From contig NC_087252.1 in assembly GCF_037042905.1 (NCBI RefSeq), positions 15,316,001-15,380,000 of the forward strand: a stretch of DNA of 64,000 bases, given 5' to 3'. The DNA is from Lytechinus pictus. Its lineage: Eukaryota. The notes under the pieces were generated by a model, which ran no database searches, was not told where the DNA came from, and was given only the letters and a program-made list of their open reading frames with translations. A program made the translations under genes and the position numbers. Shown here piece after piece: positions 37,056 through 50,527 of the stretch (its first letter is position 1; each line of letters opens with the position of its first letter).

Positions 37056-38229
37056 CACACAAAAACTTTGGTGTAAACCAGTGTTAATAGGAGGCCACAC
37101 CAGTAATTTCCCAATGGTGTTAAGTTTTGATGTGTTAATCAACATACATAGGTGTTATTACATCACCTTTGCTTCTTACTTAACACTCTATGGTGTTATG
37201 TTCAAACTCTAAGGTGTAATAATGCTTACCTTGCTTATACCTCCCAATGTTTGATAAAATCTGCTCTGGTGTACACAGTAAAAAGTTTCAATTTTAAGCA
37301 ACACTTTTATGTTAACGTCTCAACAGTTAAAACAACCATATTTAATTTATGGAGAATTCAGAAGTAAAAATTAAAGTTTGTTTAAGATTTGATACACTTG
37401 TTTAAATTGCTTAAACAACTACTATACAGATCAACAGTGTTGTATACAAATTTTTAAACATCATTATGTCTGTATTTTCAAAAGTTATATCATTTCTTTA
37501 CATACAAGTGGATGTCCCGTGTTTGACCAATGCAAAGCTTAAAGCCTGTGCAAGAGACCTAAGATTGTGATGAGAAATAAGGAACATAAAAAGCTGAGAG
37601 AAAGCAGATGAAAGAGAGGGCCAAATATGGAGAAAATGAGAGACAAGATAGAGAAAGAGAGAAAAAGAGAGACAGAGAGAAGGAAAAAGAACGAGGGAGA
37701 GAGTGATGAAATGAGAAAAAAAGAGAGAAGGGAAGAGAAAGCGAAAGAGGGATAGAGACTATAAAAGGGAAATGGAGTAAAACAAGAACCTGCCAAAAAC
37801 AAACATTTTGATGGAGAAAGGCCTTTTTATCCAACTTTTCCTGAATGCCTATGATTGGATGGATCTTAAAACCAAAACGTACATGGTAATTTCTGCGAAA
37901 TCTTGATAGGGTCTGTGATGCCTCCATTATCTGAAATCTTTTGAATATTCATGGGAAGCTTTCGTAATGCTACGTGTCATAGTGGTGGCATCCTTGAGGA
38001 TCTTCAGCGATTCCTACGAGAATTGGCGAGAATTGCCAGGATACTTCAAAAACAGGGCAGGAAGCCGCGTGCGCATCAGCCGCGGTATGTTGTGATGAAT
38101 GGTGAATGGTCTTGAGTTATTGGGAGCGTGAAAGTCCATCACTAGCTGAATCATTTTAACGGGATAAGATAAGCTCACTACACTCTTATTTTTATCAAGG
38201 AAATAAAGGGAAGAGAGAAGAGAGGATAG

Positions 38230-39412
38230 AAGGGGAAGGAGGGAGGGAGGGGGGGGGGGGTTGAGAACTCTTAATGCTATTTAGAACCTAGCAAGACCTC
38301 TCTTTTAATGGTTTAATCATTTTAAAATGGGAAAATATGTTTATAAGACTTCTTTAACAAGGAAATGAAAGGAGTAGATTGGGGGAGAGGAATTTGAGAA
38401 CTCTTGATGCTAATTGGAACATAGCAAGACTAAAACACTCTCTTCCAATGGTTTAACCACTTTAAAATGGTAAAATAAGTTTAGAAGACTTCTTTAACAA
38501 GGAAATGAAGGGAACGAGGGGAGGGGGATGGTAGGGGGATTTGAGAACTCTTGATGTTATTTGGAACCTAGCAAGACTTCTCTTTTAATGTTTTAACCAC
38601 TTTGAAGGGTAAAATAAGTTCATAAGACTTCTTTAACAAGGAAATGAAAGGAATAGAGGAGAGGGGGAGAGAGGGAAGGGGGATTTGGTAACTCTTGATG
38701 CTAATTGGAACATTGCAAGACTGAAATAATCTCCTTTAATCGTTTAACCACTTTAAAAGGGTAAAATAAGTTCGTAAGACTTCTTAACCAAGGAAATGAA
38801 AGGAATAGATGGGGGATTTGAGAACTCTTGATGCTATTTGGATCATAGCAAGACCTTTCCTTTAACGGTTTAACCACTTTGAAAGGTAAAATAAGTTAAA
38901 ATGACTTCTTTAACAAGGAAATGAAGAGAAAAGAGTGGAGAGGGGGTGTGGTAGGGAAATTTGAGAACTCTTGATGCTAATTGGAACATTGCAAGACTAA
39001 AACACTCCCCTTCAAAGGTTTAACAACTTTAAAAGGGTAAAATAAGTTTATAAGATTTCTTTAACAAGGAAATGAAGAGAATAGGGGGAGGAGGGGTGTG
39101 GTAGGGGGTTTTGAGAACTCTTGATGCTAATTGGAACATAGCAAGACCTCTCTTTTAATGGTTTAACCACTTTAAAAGGGTAAAATATGTTTATAAGACT
39201 TCTTTAAGCGGGAAATAGAGGAGGGTTGAGAACTCTTGACGCTATTTGGAACATAGCAAGACCTTTCCTTTGATGGTTTAACCACTTTGAAAGGTAAAAT
39301 TAGTTTATAAGACTTCTTTAACAAGGAAATGAAGAGAATAGAGGGGGAGGGAGAGGGGGGGGGCATGATAGGGGGATTTGAGAACTCTTGATGCTAATTG
39401 GAACATAGCAAG
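38230..39412. repeat. Minisatellite, about 115-150-bp unit, 9 copies
   Basis: GAGAACTCTTGATGCTA.TTGGAACATAGCAAGAC...TTTAACCACTTT...AAGACTTCTTTAACAAGGAAATGAA with a variable G-rich linker. Confidence 0.95.
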
Positions 39413-39924
39413 AGATCCCTTAACACTTACTATTAGGAAAATAGTTGTTGGTGTACTAAATTTCTCTTTAAGAAATCTGTACCAATTGCCCCCAGCAGTG
39501 TCGAAATAACTTTCATCTCAGATTTCAAGAACGGAAACAAACCATTTTACATTCTTTGCATTTAAAATGAGGTGGCATGCATTAATTCTTGTAGCATTTC
39601 TACTCTAGTTTACATATTCTTTCTTTACATATTATAGCAAAGGATCCTTGTGTTATGCGAAAAGGTGCTTGTTGCAATAATACTGGATCCCAGAATATCA
39701 GTTTACCCATATTCGATGGCGTCCTGTCTCCAAATGGATTTGTATCCAAGTCTTGAAGAATATTCACCTGCTGACTACTTAATTCTATAATTCTCATGCA
39801 CTTTGTACAGGAATAATTCAATTCCAGTAGACAATTGGTTAAAACATAGCCTATTGCTGATTCATTCCACTTTCTCTCAGTTTTCATCTGAATACAAGCC
39901 TCTTTTTAAACCCTTCACTTCCCC

Positions 39925-40270
39925 ACCCTCTCAGATTATTTTAACCAACCCCAAAGTTGGTTAGAATGCACTGACCAACTGTTGGTTTTAAAAAAAATCC
40001 CAAATCATTTTGCACCCACTTTTGTTTAACGAACAGTTGGTAGATTCATATTTAGACCAACTTATGGATTGCTGAAAATGTTTCCATAAATGTATATATG
40101 AATGGGTATGTCCTGGTACTTTTATGGTGTGATAATATTTTTAACCAACCCCAAATTTGGTTAGAATATAAACCAACCAAATGTTGGTTAAAAAATCTCA
40201 AGTCAATTTGCATGGAGTTTTTAATCAACAGTTGGTAGGTTTATACTTGAGCCAAGTTAATATGTTTGAT
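39925..40270. mobile_element. Two fragments of a CACTC-terminal MITE family with AACCAAC/GTTGGTT repeats
   Basis: Same family at about 6485-6640, 12601-12890, 19750-19876, 59255-59430 and 59720-59830. Confidence 0.6.
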
Positions 40271-40435
40271 TCGGGATCCTGACCAAATTGATTTTCTTTT
40301 GGTATTAATAATTTATAATAACTCAAAATTGATGTGCAATCACTATGAACAGATTGACTCTATAAAGAAAAATAAAAATGTTATCAAGAGTGAGTGCTCA
40401 ATATCCTAAAATGCACTAAAATTAATAATTTGTGT

Positions 40436-40785
40436 GGAAGAGCCGTGGTGTAGTGGTTCTGACTCTTGCCTTGTAAACAGAGGGTTGTGTGTTCGAATCC
40501 AACCGCGGTCTAGCGTCCTTTGGCAAGGCATTAATCCACACTTTGCCACTCGCGACCCAGGTGCAAAATGGGTACCCGGTAGGATGCGAAAGATATTGTA
40601 TGTTTGATTTCGCCAGCACCATAATGAGGCTGCGATGAAGGCAAGGAATGCTCCCCAGGGAGTGGAATTTGAGCACTGTTTCGTGCGGGATTGAAATGAA
40701 TCCAATGACCGGGGTAATAATATGCTGTAACGCGCTTTGAGCCATTCTGGGAAAAGCGCTTTATAAAAATTAGCTATTATTATTT
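40436..40785 (+). mobile_element. Full-length SINE, family 1-related with a longer body
   Basis: A/B boxes, CCCAGGTGCAAAATGGGTACC core, AAGCGCTTTATAAA and (ATT)n tail. Confidence 0.9.
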
Positions 40786-41346
40786 GACCCATTGCAAAAT
40801 ACCAAACATGACTGAACACTTTTTGTTGTTCTTTAAATTGGATAACAAGCAAATTTTAAAACAACATATGAATAATCATGATTATCTCAGTGATGCATTT
40901 TTCACGGTTAAAAAGCCTGCTTTCAGCTAGAAGCTGCTTTTCAGCAAGGCCATGAACAACTGAATGCAAATAATACAGAAATGAAAATGAGTCTACAAAA
41001 AACACTATTCTGTTCTAGGACCAATGACCTTCATCTGCTAATGCAAAGTGTAGTTGCAAAAGGTTGTATACCCAGGAACTTTAGAGGAACTACAGCTGTA
41101 GGCCCTCTAGTTACACACTGAAAAACATCTTTTCTTTATAACAGTTGGGTAAAATCACCACCACCATTATGTGTTGTGCCATGTGCGTTTTATTTACATT
41201 AGATGTGAATGAAGTAGGACATATGTTTGTGTGAGATTCATGAAAAGTGGAAAATTATTATTGTAATTATCATTATATTTATTATTATCATCATCTGTAC
41301 TAGATGTGAATGAAGTCGATATAAATATATGAATAGGCATTATGTC

Positions 41347-41710
41347 CACTAGCTGATCCAGGGGGGGGGGGTGGTGCACAGCCGTCTCGCTTCCCCCCCC
41401 CCCTTTTGATAGGCACAATTAAAATTTTTAATGTAAAAATACCATTAAAACACAAGTGTGCCCCTACCTTTTGAAAGTGAGGATTTGTTTTGTTTCATTT
41501 GTCGGTTGTCAAATTTTTGTGTGGACAAAATGTACTTTATTTGGGTTGAAACCTTTTTTTTTTGGGGGGGGGTCAACCACCCCCCCCCCCCCCTGGATCA
41601 GCTAGTGGACATAATGCCTATTCATATATTTATATCGACTTCATTCACATCTAGTAATTTTTCCTCTGGAAAATGTGCCCCCCTTTTGCAAAATCCTAGG
41701 TCTGCCCCTG
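41347..41710. mobile_element. hAT-like MITE with an internal inverted copy of its flank
   Basis: Perfect 8-bp TSD ATTATGTC (41339-41346, 41711-41718); right end GGTCTGCCCCTG. Confidence 0.8.
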
Positions 41711-41789
41711 ATTATGTCTATAGGAGCACTAATCTTTTCAGAAATATCAAATTTAGAAATTTTAATACTTAGAGCCTGAATAATATTTA

Positions 41790-42043
41790 TAGCATGTATG
41801 TATAGCACACTTATTTACCTTGTTAGGTGCTAAAGGCGCTCCTATATTACCCCGGCTACCTATTTCGGTGCTCACATCTTTGAGGAATTACTTCCTGTTG
41901 GTACCCATTTACCTTTCCAGGATTGAGTGCAGCACAATGTGGGTAAATTTCTTGCTGAAGGAAACTACCCCATGGCTGGGATTTGAACCCATGACCCTCT
42001 GTTTCAAAGTCCAGAGACTAATCCACTGGGCGACAATGCTCCA
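41790..42043 (-). mobile_element. SINE family 1
   Basis: Reverse complement of the tRNA head and core. Confidence 0.85.
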
Positions 42044-42199
42044 CATTTTGGCATTTGCTATTAGAGACAATCTTGATCTATGGTTTATTATATATGTGTT
42101 TTATGCTTTGCTATCACATGATGATAAATACATCATGTATATTCCAAGTTTCGTGATAAACTACCCCCCCCCCCCGCCCAGAAAATTCATGTGATGGAA

Positions 42200-42650
42200 T
42201 GGAACGAGCAGATCTCCAGGGATACTACTAACTCTGCAATCATCGTCATGCATGCTGATTTCATTGTAAATGCTGTGCATTTAGTGCAAGACGGGCATTA
42301 GCTCTTAATCAGTGATGCAACCATTAACATCCTTCTTGCACTTAACCAAGGGGTATCTCCTCGTCTCTTACTCGATGGCTCTGAGCATTTACACCGGGAT
42401 ATATTTCGCGTGATTAATCTGGAATGTTTCTGTTTTCTGTTGGACTTCCTTGATATGCTACTCTGATAATTACGATCCCACGAGAGGGAGGAAAGCACGG
42501 CCGCTCGCGAACCATTTTCGTAAAGTATACCTGGCAGGCGTGGCTCGGATCTCGTTACGGAGCCCCAATTGATAAAATGGTAGCCCCTGGGCGGGGGAAA
42601 TTAATGACGTTTGGCTGTAAAGTAACACCTCTGGTATCGTGTCTTAACCG
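42200..42650. promoter_or_regulatory. Candidate enhancer / conserved non-coding element
   Basis: Unique CpG-rich island with several homeodomain cores (TGATTAATC, ATAATTAC, AATTAATGAC). Confidence 0.3.
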
Positions 42651-43196
42651 AGAAGTGTATTTACATGTTTGCAAATTTGATGTGTTGATAGTTGTATGAA
42701 GAAAGAGAAAAAAGTTAAATGACTGAAGGGGAAAGAAGTTATGCTTTATTTTGAAGGGAAATGAGAAAATAATAGTGTGTATGTATACCAGTACAGTAAT
42801 GAGATTGGATGAAAATGATTGGAAATTTTAGGAATTTATGGTGTGTATGGAAGGGAGAGAACAATATGGGGAGAGAGAGAAAGAGAGGGAAATAGAGAGA
42901 AAAGGGTTGGATGAGAGCTGATGAGAGATAGAATCAGTGTGTGTGTGTGTGTGTGTGTGTCTGTGAGAGAGAGATAAAGAGAGAGAATGGGGGAGGAGAT
43001 GAGATAAAAGCAAACAATTGAAAATAAACAAAATAGACTAAAATTTTGGAATTTATGATGTGGATGGAAGGTATAGAAAAGAGGAAGAAGAAGAACAGAG
43101 AGAGGGGTGGGGGACAATAAAATAAAGCCAACAATATTAAAATATAGAACAGGCTTTTAATAAGTTTTAATACCAGGCCCCGTAACACAACACTTA

Positions 43197-43418
43197 TGGG
43201 GCGTTGCAAGAAACTTGCGATCAAATGCAAGTCTACTTTCGTTACCGAAATCAAGCATATATGCCATGCAATTAATTGCAAATTTGCGATTTATTGCTTA
43301 TCTGCTCCATGAAACAAGGAGTGTAATCTGATTTGCTATAGCTAGAAGTGATCGATCAATTGTAAAATTGCAACAGAATATTTGCCATTGATTGCAAATA
43401 TTTTCTTGCAACACCCCC
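43197..43418. mobile_element. Harbinger-like MITE nested in an older MITE end
   Basis: TIR (T)GGGGCGTTGCAAGAAA / TTTCTTGCAACACCCCC; TSD TTA on both sides; the host starts GGCCCCGTAACACAA at about 43176. Confidence 0.8.
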
Positions 43419-43557
43419 TTAGTGTTTGATCGTGAGATGATTTCTGTATTCAATTGCATTGATTATTTAGTATGATCAATAGTTAAAATCATTCCTTCAT
43501 ACATTCGTTAAAATCAGGTTACGTTACATACGTGCACTTGATCAGGAGGATTGAGAA

Positions 43558-43840
43558 AATAATAATAATAATAATAGTCAGCACATTATAGATAACGTCT
43601 CTTTGCGCTTCCAAAGGAATTGGATAATATTACCCTGGCTTTAGCCCCGCAGCTTTTTACAGCGCGGTGGCATTTCAGGGAATAAATTCCTGCCAGGTAC
43701 CCCTTCACCTCACCTGGGTTGAGTGCAGCACAATGTGGATAAATTTCTTGCGGAAGGAAACTACGCCATGGCTAGGATTTGAACCACGACCCTCTGTTTC
43801 AAAGTCCGGAGACTAGTCCACTGGGCCACAACGCTCCACA
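43558..43840 (-). mobile_element. SINE family 1, full length
   Basis: Head, core and (ATT)n tail; highly similar to 55944-56243. Confidence 0.9.
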
Positions 43841-43989
43841 ATAGATAAAATAAATAAGAAGAAGAAACTAAGATTCAAGAAGAAAACGGTAAAGGTGAGG
43901 AGGATATATGAGTACAGAGATTACTATGCAATTTCAAAATATATTGAAGAGAAGGATCAGAAAAGGGGGAGACTGAAGTTAAAGACTAT

Positions 43990-44300
43990 GGCCCGTATTC
44001 TGAAGTCAGGTTTAACTTAGACCATGGTCTAACTCTGTGCTAAAATTATGGGAAGCCAAAAGTGTCAAATTTTTTATTAAGTTGTACGTTCCTTATGTTT
44101 ACTGTGCTCTTTCCTGATTCATCGATGGTGAAGACAATCATCTATTTACAGTTCCTAGACAATTATGAATGATTTGAGAGCCAAATGAGCTGAAATATGA
44201 TATATCTACCGTTAGTGATTTATGTAACAATTGGCTATCCATACTTAAGCCACAACTTTAAACCTGAGTTTAAGTTAGACCCGAATTCAGAATACGGACC
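43990..44300. mobile_element. Harbinger-like MITE (311 bp)
   Basis: TIR GGCCCGTATTCTGAAGTCAGGTTTAACTTA / TAAGTTAGACCCGAATTCAGAATACGGACC; 3-bp TSD TAT. Confidence 0.85.
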
Positions 44301-44953
44301 TATCTATTTGGAAAAGAAAGTAATTTCATTAAAAAGGAAGAGATGAATGGAGAGGGAGAGACTGAGAGAAACATAGAAGAAAGAGTACAAAATCAAAGTG
44401 GAAAGAAAGAGGGGTGCGGGTGGGGGGGAGGTGTGTGAATAATGATCAACCGAGCCATATAGAAAAGAAAAGGAAAATAAGTTGAATGAATTTAGGAGTA
44501 ATTGACATATGCAAACTGCAATAGATATAATCTTTATATTGTATTGATTTTCTGTAATATAATAGCTTGGGGAATTAGTGCAGATATTCTAATTTATATT
44601 TGATGTTTAAAGTCAACAACTTGCATTGCTCCATTATCAAATTCCTGTTTAACTGTTAATTGTAATGAAATAATATTAATGAAAAGAAAATGCCATTAAA
44701 TTTAGAGTAAAGATGTGCATCTTAAGTTAAGTTACATGTATAAAATACATACAGAGCTATTTGACCTATTAACACTGATTTGTATCTTCAGACTAGCTTA
44801 ATTGGTTTTTTTAAGTGATAGTTTGGAAAGGTAGATGACCCGCTTTCGATAAAATAGGTATTTGATCAAATTACCGCTTTTATGGAACTTTGGAAGTAGC
44901 TGAATTGCCTTAAAAGTGGCAACTATCAATCTTGCTTTCTTATTATGTTACAA

Positions 44954-45984
44954 TTCATTTTCATTCATTCATTTTCATTCATTCATTTATTGATTCCACT
45001 TTTAAAACAAATAACATAATATACATAACAAATGTATTCGTAAACATAGTTTATCAAAGATCAAATTAAATATCTAACATAAGTATTTAAACACAAGGTA
45101 CACTACAAAATGTAAAAAAAGTGAGGAGCCTAAATAAAAAGCAGAGCTTGTAGAAAATTAGGCTCCCATTGGGAGAAAGTATAAGTTGTTACTTTGGGCG
45201 AACAAATGTGGAAACGGAATACATATTTATTACATTGAATGTTTTACACAAAATATATCGAAAGGCATCAAGTAACCAGAAAATGATGAAGTAGAAAAAG
45301 AATAACAATAGTAAGATAAAATGAAATTGGAAAACGACCAAAAGATGGAGGGGGGAGTCAAGGGATAAATAATAGAGTATAAGAAAGAAAGAATAGAAAA
45401 ACATAATTATAATTATAATAATTATTATTAATATTATTATTATTATTTGCAGTCATCAGTACGATCCAGCATTGTACCTCTCTAAGAGGTATAACTTAAG
45501 CTTGCATTTGAAACAATTGAGAGAGGGGCTATCAACCAGTTCGTTATCTAGGCTGTTCCAGAATTTGGGTCCTGTTGTAGTAAAAGTGCTATTTGCAAAA
45601 ACGGTTCGGGTTTGTGGGAGGTGGTAATGATTAGCTTGTCTAGTTGAATGGGAATGTAAAATGAAATTGTGTTGAAATAATGGCGCAAAGGCATCTGGTA
45701 AATTGTCATTCTTAAGTTCGAACATAAATATACCAAGATTGTACAAATATAAATCAGATAGTTTCAAGATTTTGCAATTATAAAAAAGGTTGTTTGTATG
45801 AGCACGAAATCCAGCGTTATTGATTATTCTTATGACACGCTTTTGGACAATGTTAATTTTATCCAAGAGGGTTTTGGAGCTATTGCCCCATGTTAGAATA
45901 CAGTAATTGATGTAGGGCAAGATTAGAGCAGAATAAAGTATGGGCAACACATGAAAGGGTACAAAGTGTTTCAGTTTCAAAAAC
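44954..45984 (-). mobile_element. 5'-truncated CR1/L2-group LINE (ORF2 C-terminus, 3' UTR, tail)
   Basis: ORF 45456-45986 aligns by eye with the last 175 aa or so of the 29.5-kb ORF (KLKHF, LILPYINY, QKRVIRII, HLPQTRT, GPKFWNSL); stem-loop 45125-45166; (TGAA)n tail. Confidence 0.9.
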
Positions 45985-47039
45985 AATAATTGTTTTTGCT
46001 CTCAGTTATATTTATGATCATACAATTCTGTTTTGTTTTAATATTCTTTAGTTTAAACTGTCACTGGGAACCAAATTTCTGTATAATTGTTTACAGAGAC
46101 CCAATAAACTATCATGCATCTTTTTAAGAAAATAATAGCAGGTAGTTTCAAGTTCACTTTTTTTGTATTTTTGTTTGGTCTTGCGACATCAATCATTTGC
46201 TCAGAAACTTGTCACTCTAAATTGAAATGAATTTCTCAACATTTATTATCGATGTCAGAAGATTATGTGACATAGCTCACTGCACAATCTGAAACATACT
46301 TTGATAGATCATATTTTGAGTCCTTATTCTGTTATCTATTTCTTCTCTAGTCAGCCAAAGATGAACGGGAGACAACGGGACCCAAATTGTATCCATCCAT
46401 CCATCTCAGTCCTTTTTGTTTGACAAATGTTCAGTTTGTCTCCACAGTAGTGTCCAATAAACCAGTTCGTCCAATAAACCAGCTACTTCATGGGCAATTT
46501 TGGTCAAATGACCTTTCATTTCCTTCATTATGATAGGCAGATTTCAAAGCAAGATATTACGTAAGCATGCCTTACATAGCAGGATGAAGAAATTGAATAG
46601 ACCAGGTGACTAGAATAGCACACCAATGAACACTTTATGAAGGTATTTGTCGCATTTCTAATTGAATGCATATTATAGCATGCTGTACAATGTACTTGGT
46701 AAACTGTGAAATACCAGTTATTCATGGTGCATTGTTGTTTTTTGTGGATGTAATAAATGAAAAACGCAATTCAAAAGAATATATGAATAATCAAGACATC
46801 AAAGTTGGTGCTTATCTCATTATATTTTAAAACACCATGTCACTTTAGTACCAATGACCTTCCTCTGATCATGCTCAGAGTGGAACTACGAACTGGCTTA
46901 TTATAGGCCAGAGGTCATTTCAGTTTATTTGAATGAGCACTTGCAATGCTTTTAATTGAAATCAAATAATTTCATGTGAAATGCTTGGATAACAACCATA
47001 TTTTGGTTAAATGATGTGTTGGGGTTTATTTCTTTTATG

Positions 47040-47370
47040 GTGAAATTAAAGGTCACTTGGTATCAAGTTCAAAGGTCATAAATGACCTTTGACCTTTGAT
47101 TTACCTTCAATCGTCTCATATATGGCATTATCGCTTGGCACATGATGCTGCAGTAGTAAATAAACTTAGGTGACAACTCTTCAGGTACCTTTATGTTATT
47201 GTGCATTTAAGGCCACATGGTAGAATCAAAAGGTCATTTTAGGTCAAGGGTTAAAGTTTACCCCTGAGAATCTCATTGCTATATTAATGTTACTATGCCT
47301 CTAGAGGTCACATGGTATATGTCAAAGTTCATTTTTGGTCAAGGGTTAAAAGTTTACCTCTGAGGTTTCT
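47040..47370. mobile_element. Degenerate AGGTCA-rich repeat remnant (Helentron-internal-like)
   Basis: Clustered AAAGGTCA/TGACCTTT motifs resembling the internal units of the HINE copies. Confidence 0.4.
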
Positions 47371-48419
47371 TTAGTCCAAATAACTTTGCATCTGTAACTC
47401 AGTTTACAAGCAGTCTTGGGATATCGATGCGATGGAATATTTCAAAGTGCAAAATGTTCCAAAATAAGGGTTATATGTTATGAGACCACATCTAGATTGC
47501 TTGACCCCTGGAATAAGGGGTGAGGCTCTCTGCGTCCGGGATGTGCACCAGTTTTGAACCCTCTTCCTAATGTAGAGTGGCCAGAGACATGACGTCGACA
47601 ACCTTACTCGATGATTGCCTGTGATGAACTGCCCTGGGCTGAACAACTTTGAACCTCAGGGGATTTATTTGGCATAAGATATTTACATGCTTGACTTATA
47701 TATAACAAAAATAAATAATGAATATTCAAATAGCAAAGGTAGCAAATAAAAGAAATACATGAATATACATGGCATATGAATAGCTGCTATTGAATATTAA
47801 TGAACTTAAGTTAGCGGGAGAGAACCAATCAGAGAATAAGAACTTAGCAAGAGTCAAGTATGAGTGAACATGAGCATGAACAAAAGAGAGGGATGGAAGA
47901 GTGAATCTGGTATGTTGAAAGGAATGTAAAGAAGGTGATGGAAGAAAAGATGGGATTTTGATGACTAACAGAGGAGAGAGGATGATCAAGAATAATGAAT
48001 AACACATCTATGAATAACATTAACTATTCTTGAAACCCTGTTCACACTACAGCACTACACTAACTTTGATTTTGAAACGTTGGCATCTCTCAGACTTATA
48101 CTAAAGAAAATAATTTGAAGTGAGGTTTAATCTAATGAAGTCAAGGTTCCAGGAAATCGGTGTCAATTTGATAAGTGTCTGTCAAAAGGATTGTTGTGAA
48201 TATCGGGTGAATGACAGTAAAATGACGGTCATTAGTTTAATTTGTATATTGAAGCAATTAAGTAGAAAGGAATAATCCATCCTTATTCTGATTACCAATC
48301 TTCCCTGACACCACCCCGCACATACTCAAACCAAACGTACAAGCTTGTGTGAGTTGTAACACTTTTGCAGTCTTGATTTTTGAGAGAGAGAGAGAAAAAA
48401 AAAGGGAGGGAGAGAAAGC

Positions 48420-48462
<43 letters not shown>

Positions 48463-49189
48463 AGAGTGAAAGAGAAAGTGGAAAAGAGGGAGAGGAAAAA
48501 AGTGATTGTACAAGCCTTTGTTATTTGTAACGCTATGCAATTTTGATTTTTAACAGAGAGAGAGATAGAGATAGAGAAATAGGGAGACAGGGAGAGATAA
48601 GGTATGAAGAGAAAGAGGAAATAGAAAAGAGGGGGGAAAAAACAGAGAAATGAAAGAAGGAACTAAACTCGAGGCCACAAAGAAGGTAAAAAAATGCAAA
48701 GTAAAACCATTGAGGTATTTACTTCCTAAGAACAGTATTCCCTGGGTAACTCTCAAACCTTCCATTTTGCACTCTCACAATTGCTTCAGCCTCCAGTCCA
48801 GAACAAGCGAAAAGTAAGAGAAAATTCAGAACAGGAAAAAAATAAAGAGCCTTTTCGGGTCACCGCTTGAATTGATCAAGGGTGTTTTTCAAATGATTGA
48901 GTTATTTTGAGGTTGGAAAGTGTCGGAATCGAGAGTAGGGCATTCAGTTTTTACGCAACTCAACCGTGGGATTGGACAATGGAGGCATATAAGACAAGCC
49001 AAATGGAATAAGAGGCAAGAAAAAGGGAGGAGAATGATTAGAATGAAAAATAAATAGCTCTTTAATACTTGCCATTCAAGATTATAAACGGTAAAAATGC
49101 TGTATAGAATATTACACAATCCTGATTATATATATACCGTATGAACTATTTGAAGCATTTGATCTAACACAAGAAAACATGTTATTGTT

Positions 49190-49390
49190 GTCCTGGCTTT
49201 AGCTGGGCTCCCATAGACATTCAAGGGATTCCTTTCTACCGGGTATACCATTTACTACACCTGAATGGAGAGTGGCAAATGTAGATAAACGCCTTGCCAA
49301 AGGATACAAGTGCTGATGTAAGATTGGAACAGATTAGAACACCAAACCCTGTGGTTCATAGCACGGAGACTTATCCACTCCTCAACACCT
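49190..49390 (-). mobile_element. Old degenerate SINE
   Basis: TACCATTTACTACACCTG...GCCTTGCCAAAGGA is a diverged reverse core. Confidence 0.6.
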
Positions 49391-50047
49391 CGACAAATAT
49401 AAGGAAAGTTTGGAGTATGGTCTTATAACCATAGCATTTCCTTGTGGATATTTTGTTTTCACCACATTAGGAAATTGAAGAGTGTTGATTTACATGTTAT
49501 ACAGATTCCACTTTAATGGATTTCATAATTTAAATCTCTACAATGAAGCCTTTTGAATGCAGAATCATGGTGAAGAATGTTATGATGCTCATGAAGATGA
49601 TTGTGAAGAATGCAGTGGAATTCAATGTTCCTTTATCAGAGAATGATTGCTGTCGATGTATCTTAATTCACACCTTGCTTAAACACTTTACAAACTCTGG
49701 TGGTTAAACTGACACCAGTGAGAGGACCACACCCTAAGGTGTTGAAATTAGACCCTAAAGTGTGAAAGCAACATCTAATAGTGTTAAGGTTACAACAAAA
49801 GGTGTTTTAAATAGAACCCATGGGTGTTGAACTTACACTTTGAATTTAACACCGCAGAATGACAAGTGTAGTCCTCTATAGACACTGGTTAACACCTCTG
49901 TTTTGGTTTGTACCGATAAATTTTGCCTTGCCCCCACCCTTGTCTGCTTTTGAAGGTCATTCAAACATGAATAATAAAAATATGATCAAAATAATAACTT
50001 TCAACGTACAAAGGTGCATTGGGTGCAGATCCAGACTCAGACGTTAA

Positions 50048-50527
50048 GAGAAAGTTCACCCTGATAAAAGTGTATTGTGAAAATAAAAAAAAAAGAAAAA
50101 GATATTGCCGAAGGTTTGAGAAAAATTCTTTGAATAAAAAGTTATTAGAGCTTTAATTATTTGATTTGTGATGTCATATGAGAGCAGCTATTCTACTTAT
50201 CGTATGGTAAAAAATCAATGAAATGTCATTTTCTCAGACAATTGGAAATGGTTTATATTGTACCTTCATTAGATCAATACACAAATCATTTCACCCATGA
50301 TTCTAAAACGAAAAGTCATCACAAAACATTAAACAAATGAAACTGATGCATTCTATATTACATAACACATGGGGCAGCTCCTTGTTTATGAAGTCACAAA
50401 TCAAAAACTTGAAATTTTAACAACTTTCTTAATATTTAATGCATTTTCCTCAAACCTTTACCAATGTTTATTATTGTTTTTTATTCTCTATTTATACCAC
50501 AAACCTTTCTTCAGGGTGGACTTCCCC
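50048..50527. mobile_element. Kolobok-like MITE (480 bp)
   Basis: TTAA|GAGAAAGTTCACCCTGA...TCAGGGTGGACTTCCCC|TTAA; long imperfect arms with a GTGATGTCA motif. Confidence 0.8.

Noticed and set aside
38230..39412. CRISPR-like repeat-spacer array (also 15170-16370)
   Set aside because: Repeats are long or degenerate, the spacers are low-complexity and related to each other, there are no cas genes, and the context is eukaryotic.
40406..40852. 148-aa ORF and similar ORFs at 20082, 41820 and 56128
   Set aside because: Antisense or sense translations of SINE copies; their mutual similarity reflects the repeat.
41194..41772. Two ORFs sharing HPPPLDQLVDIMPIHIFISTSFTSS
   Set aside because: Caused by the inverted duplication, not by paralogous genes.
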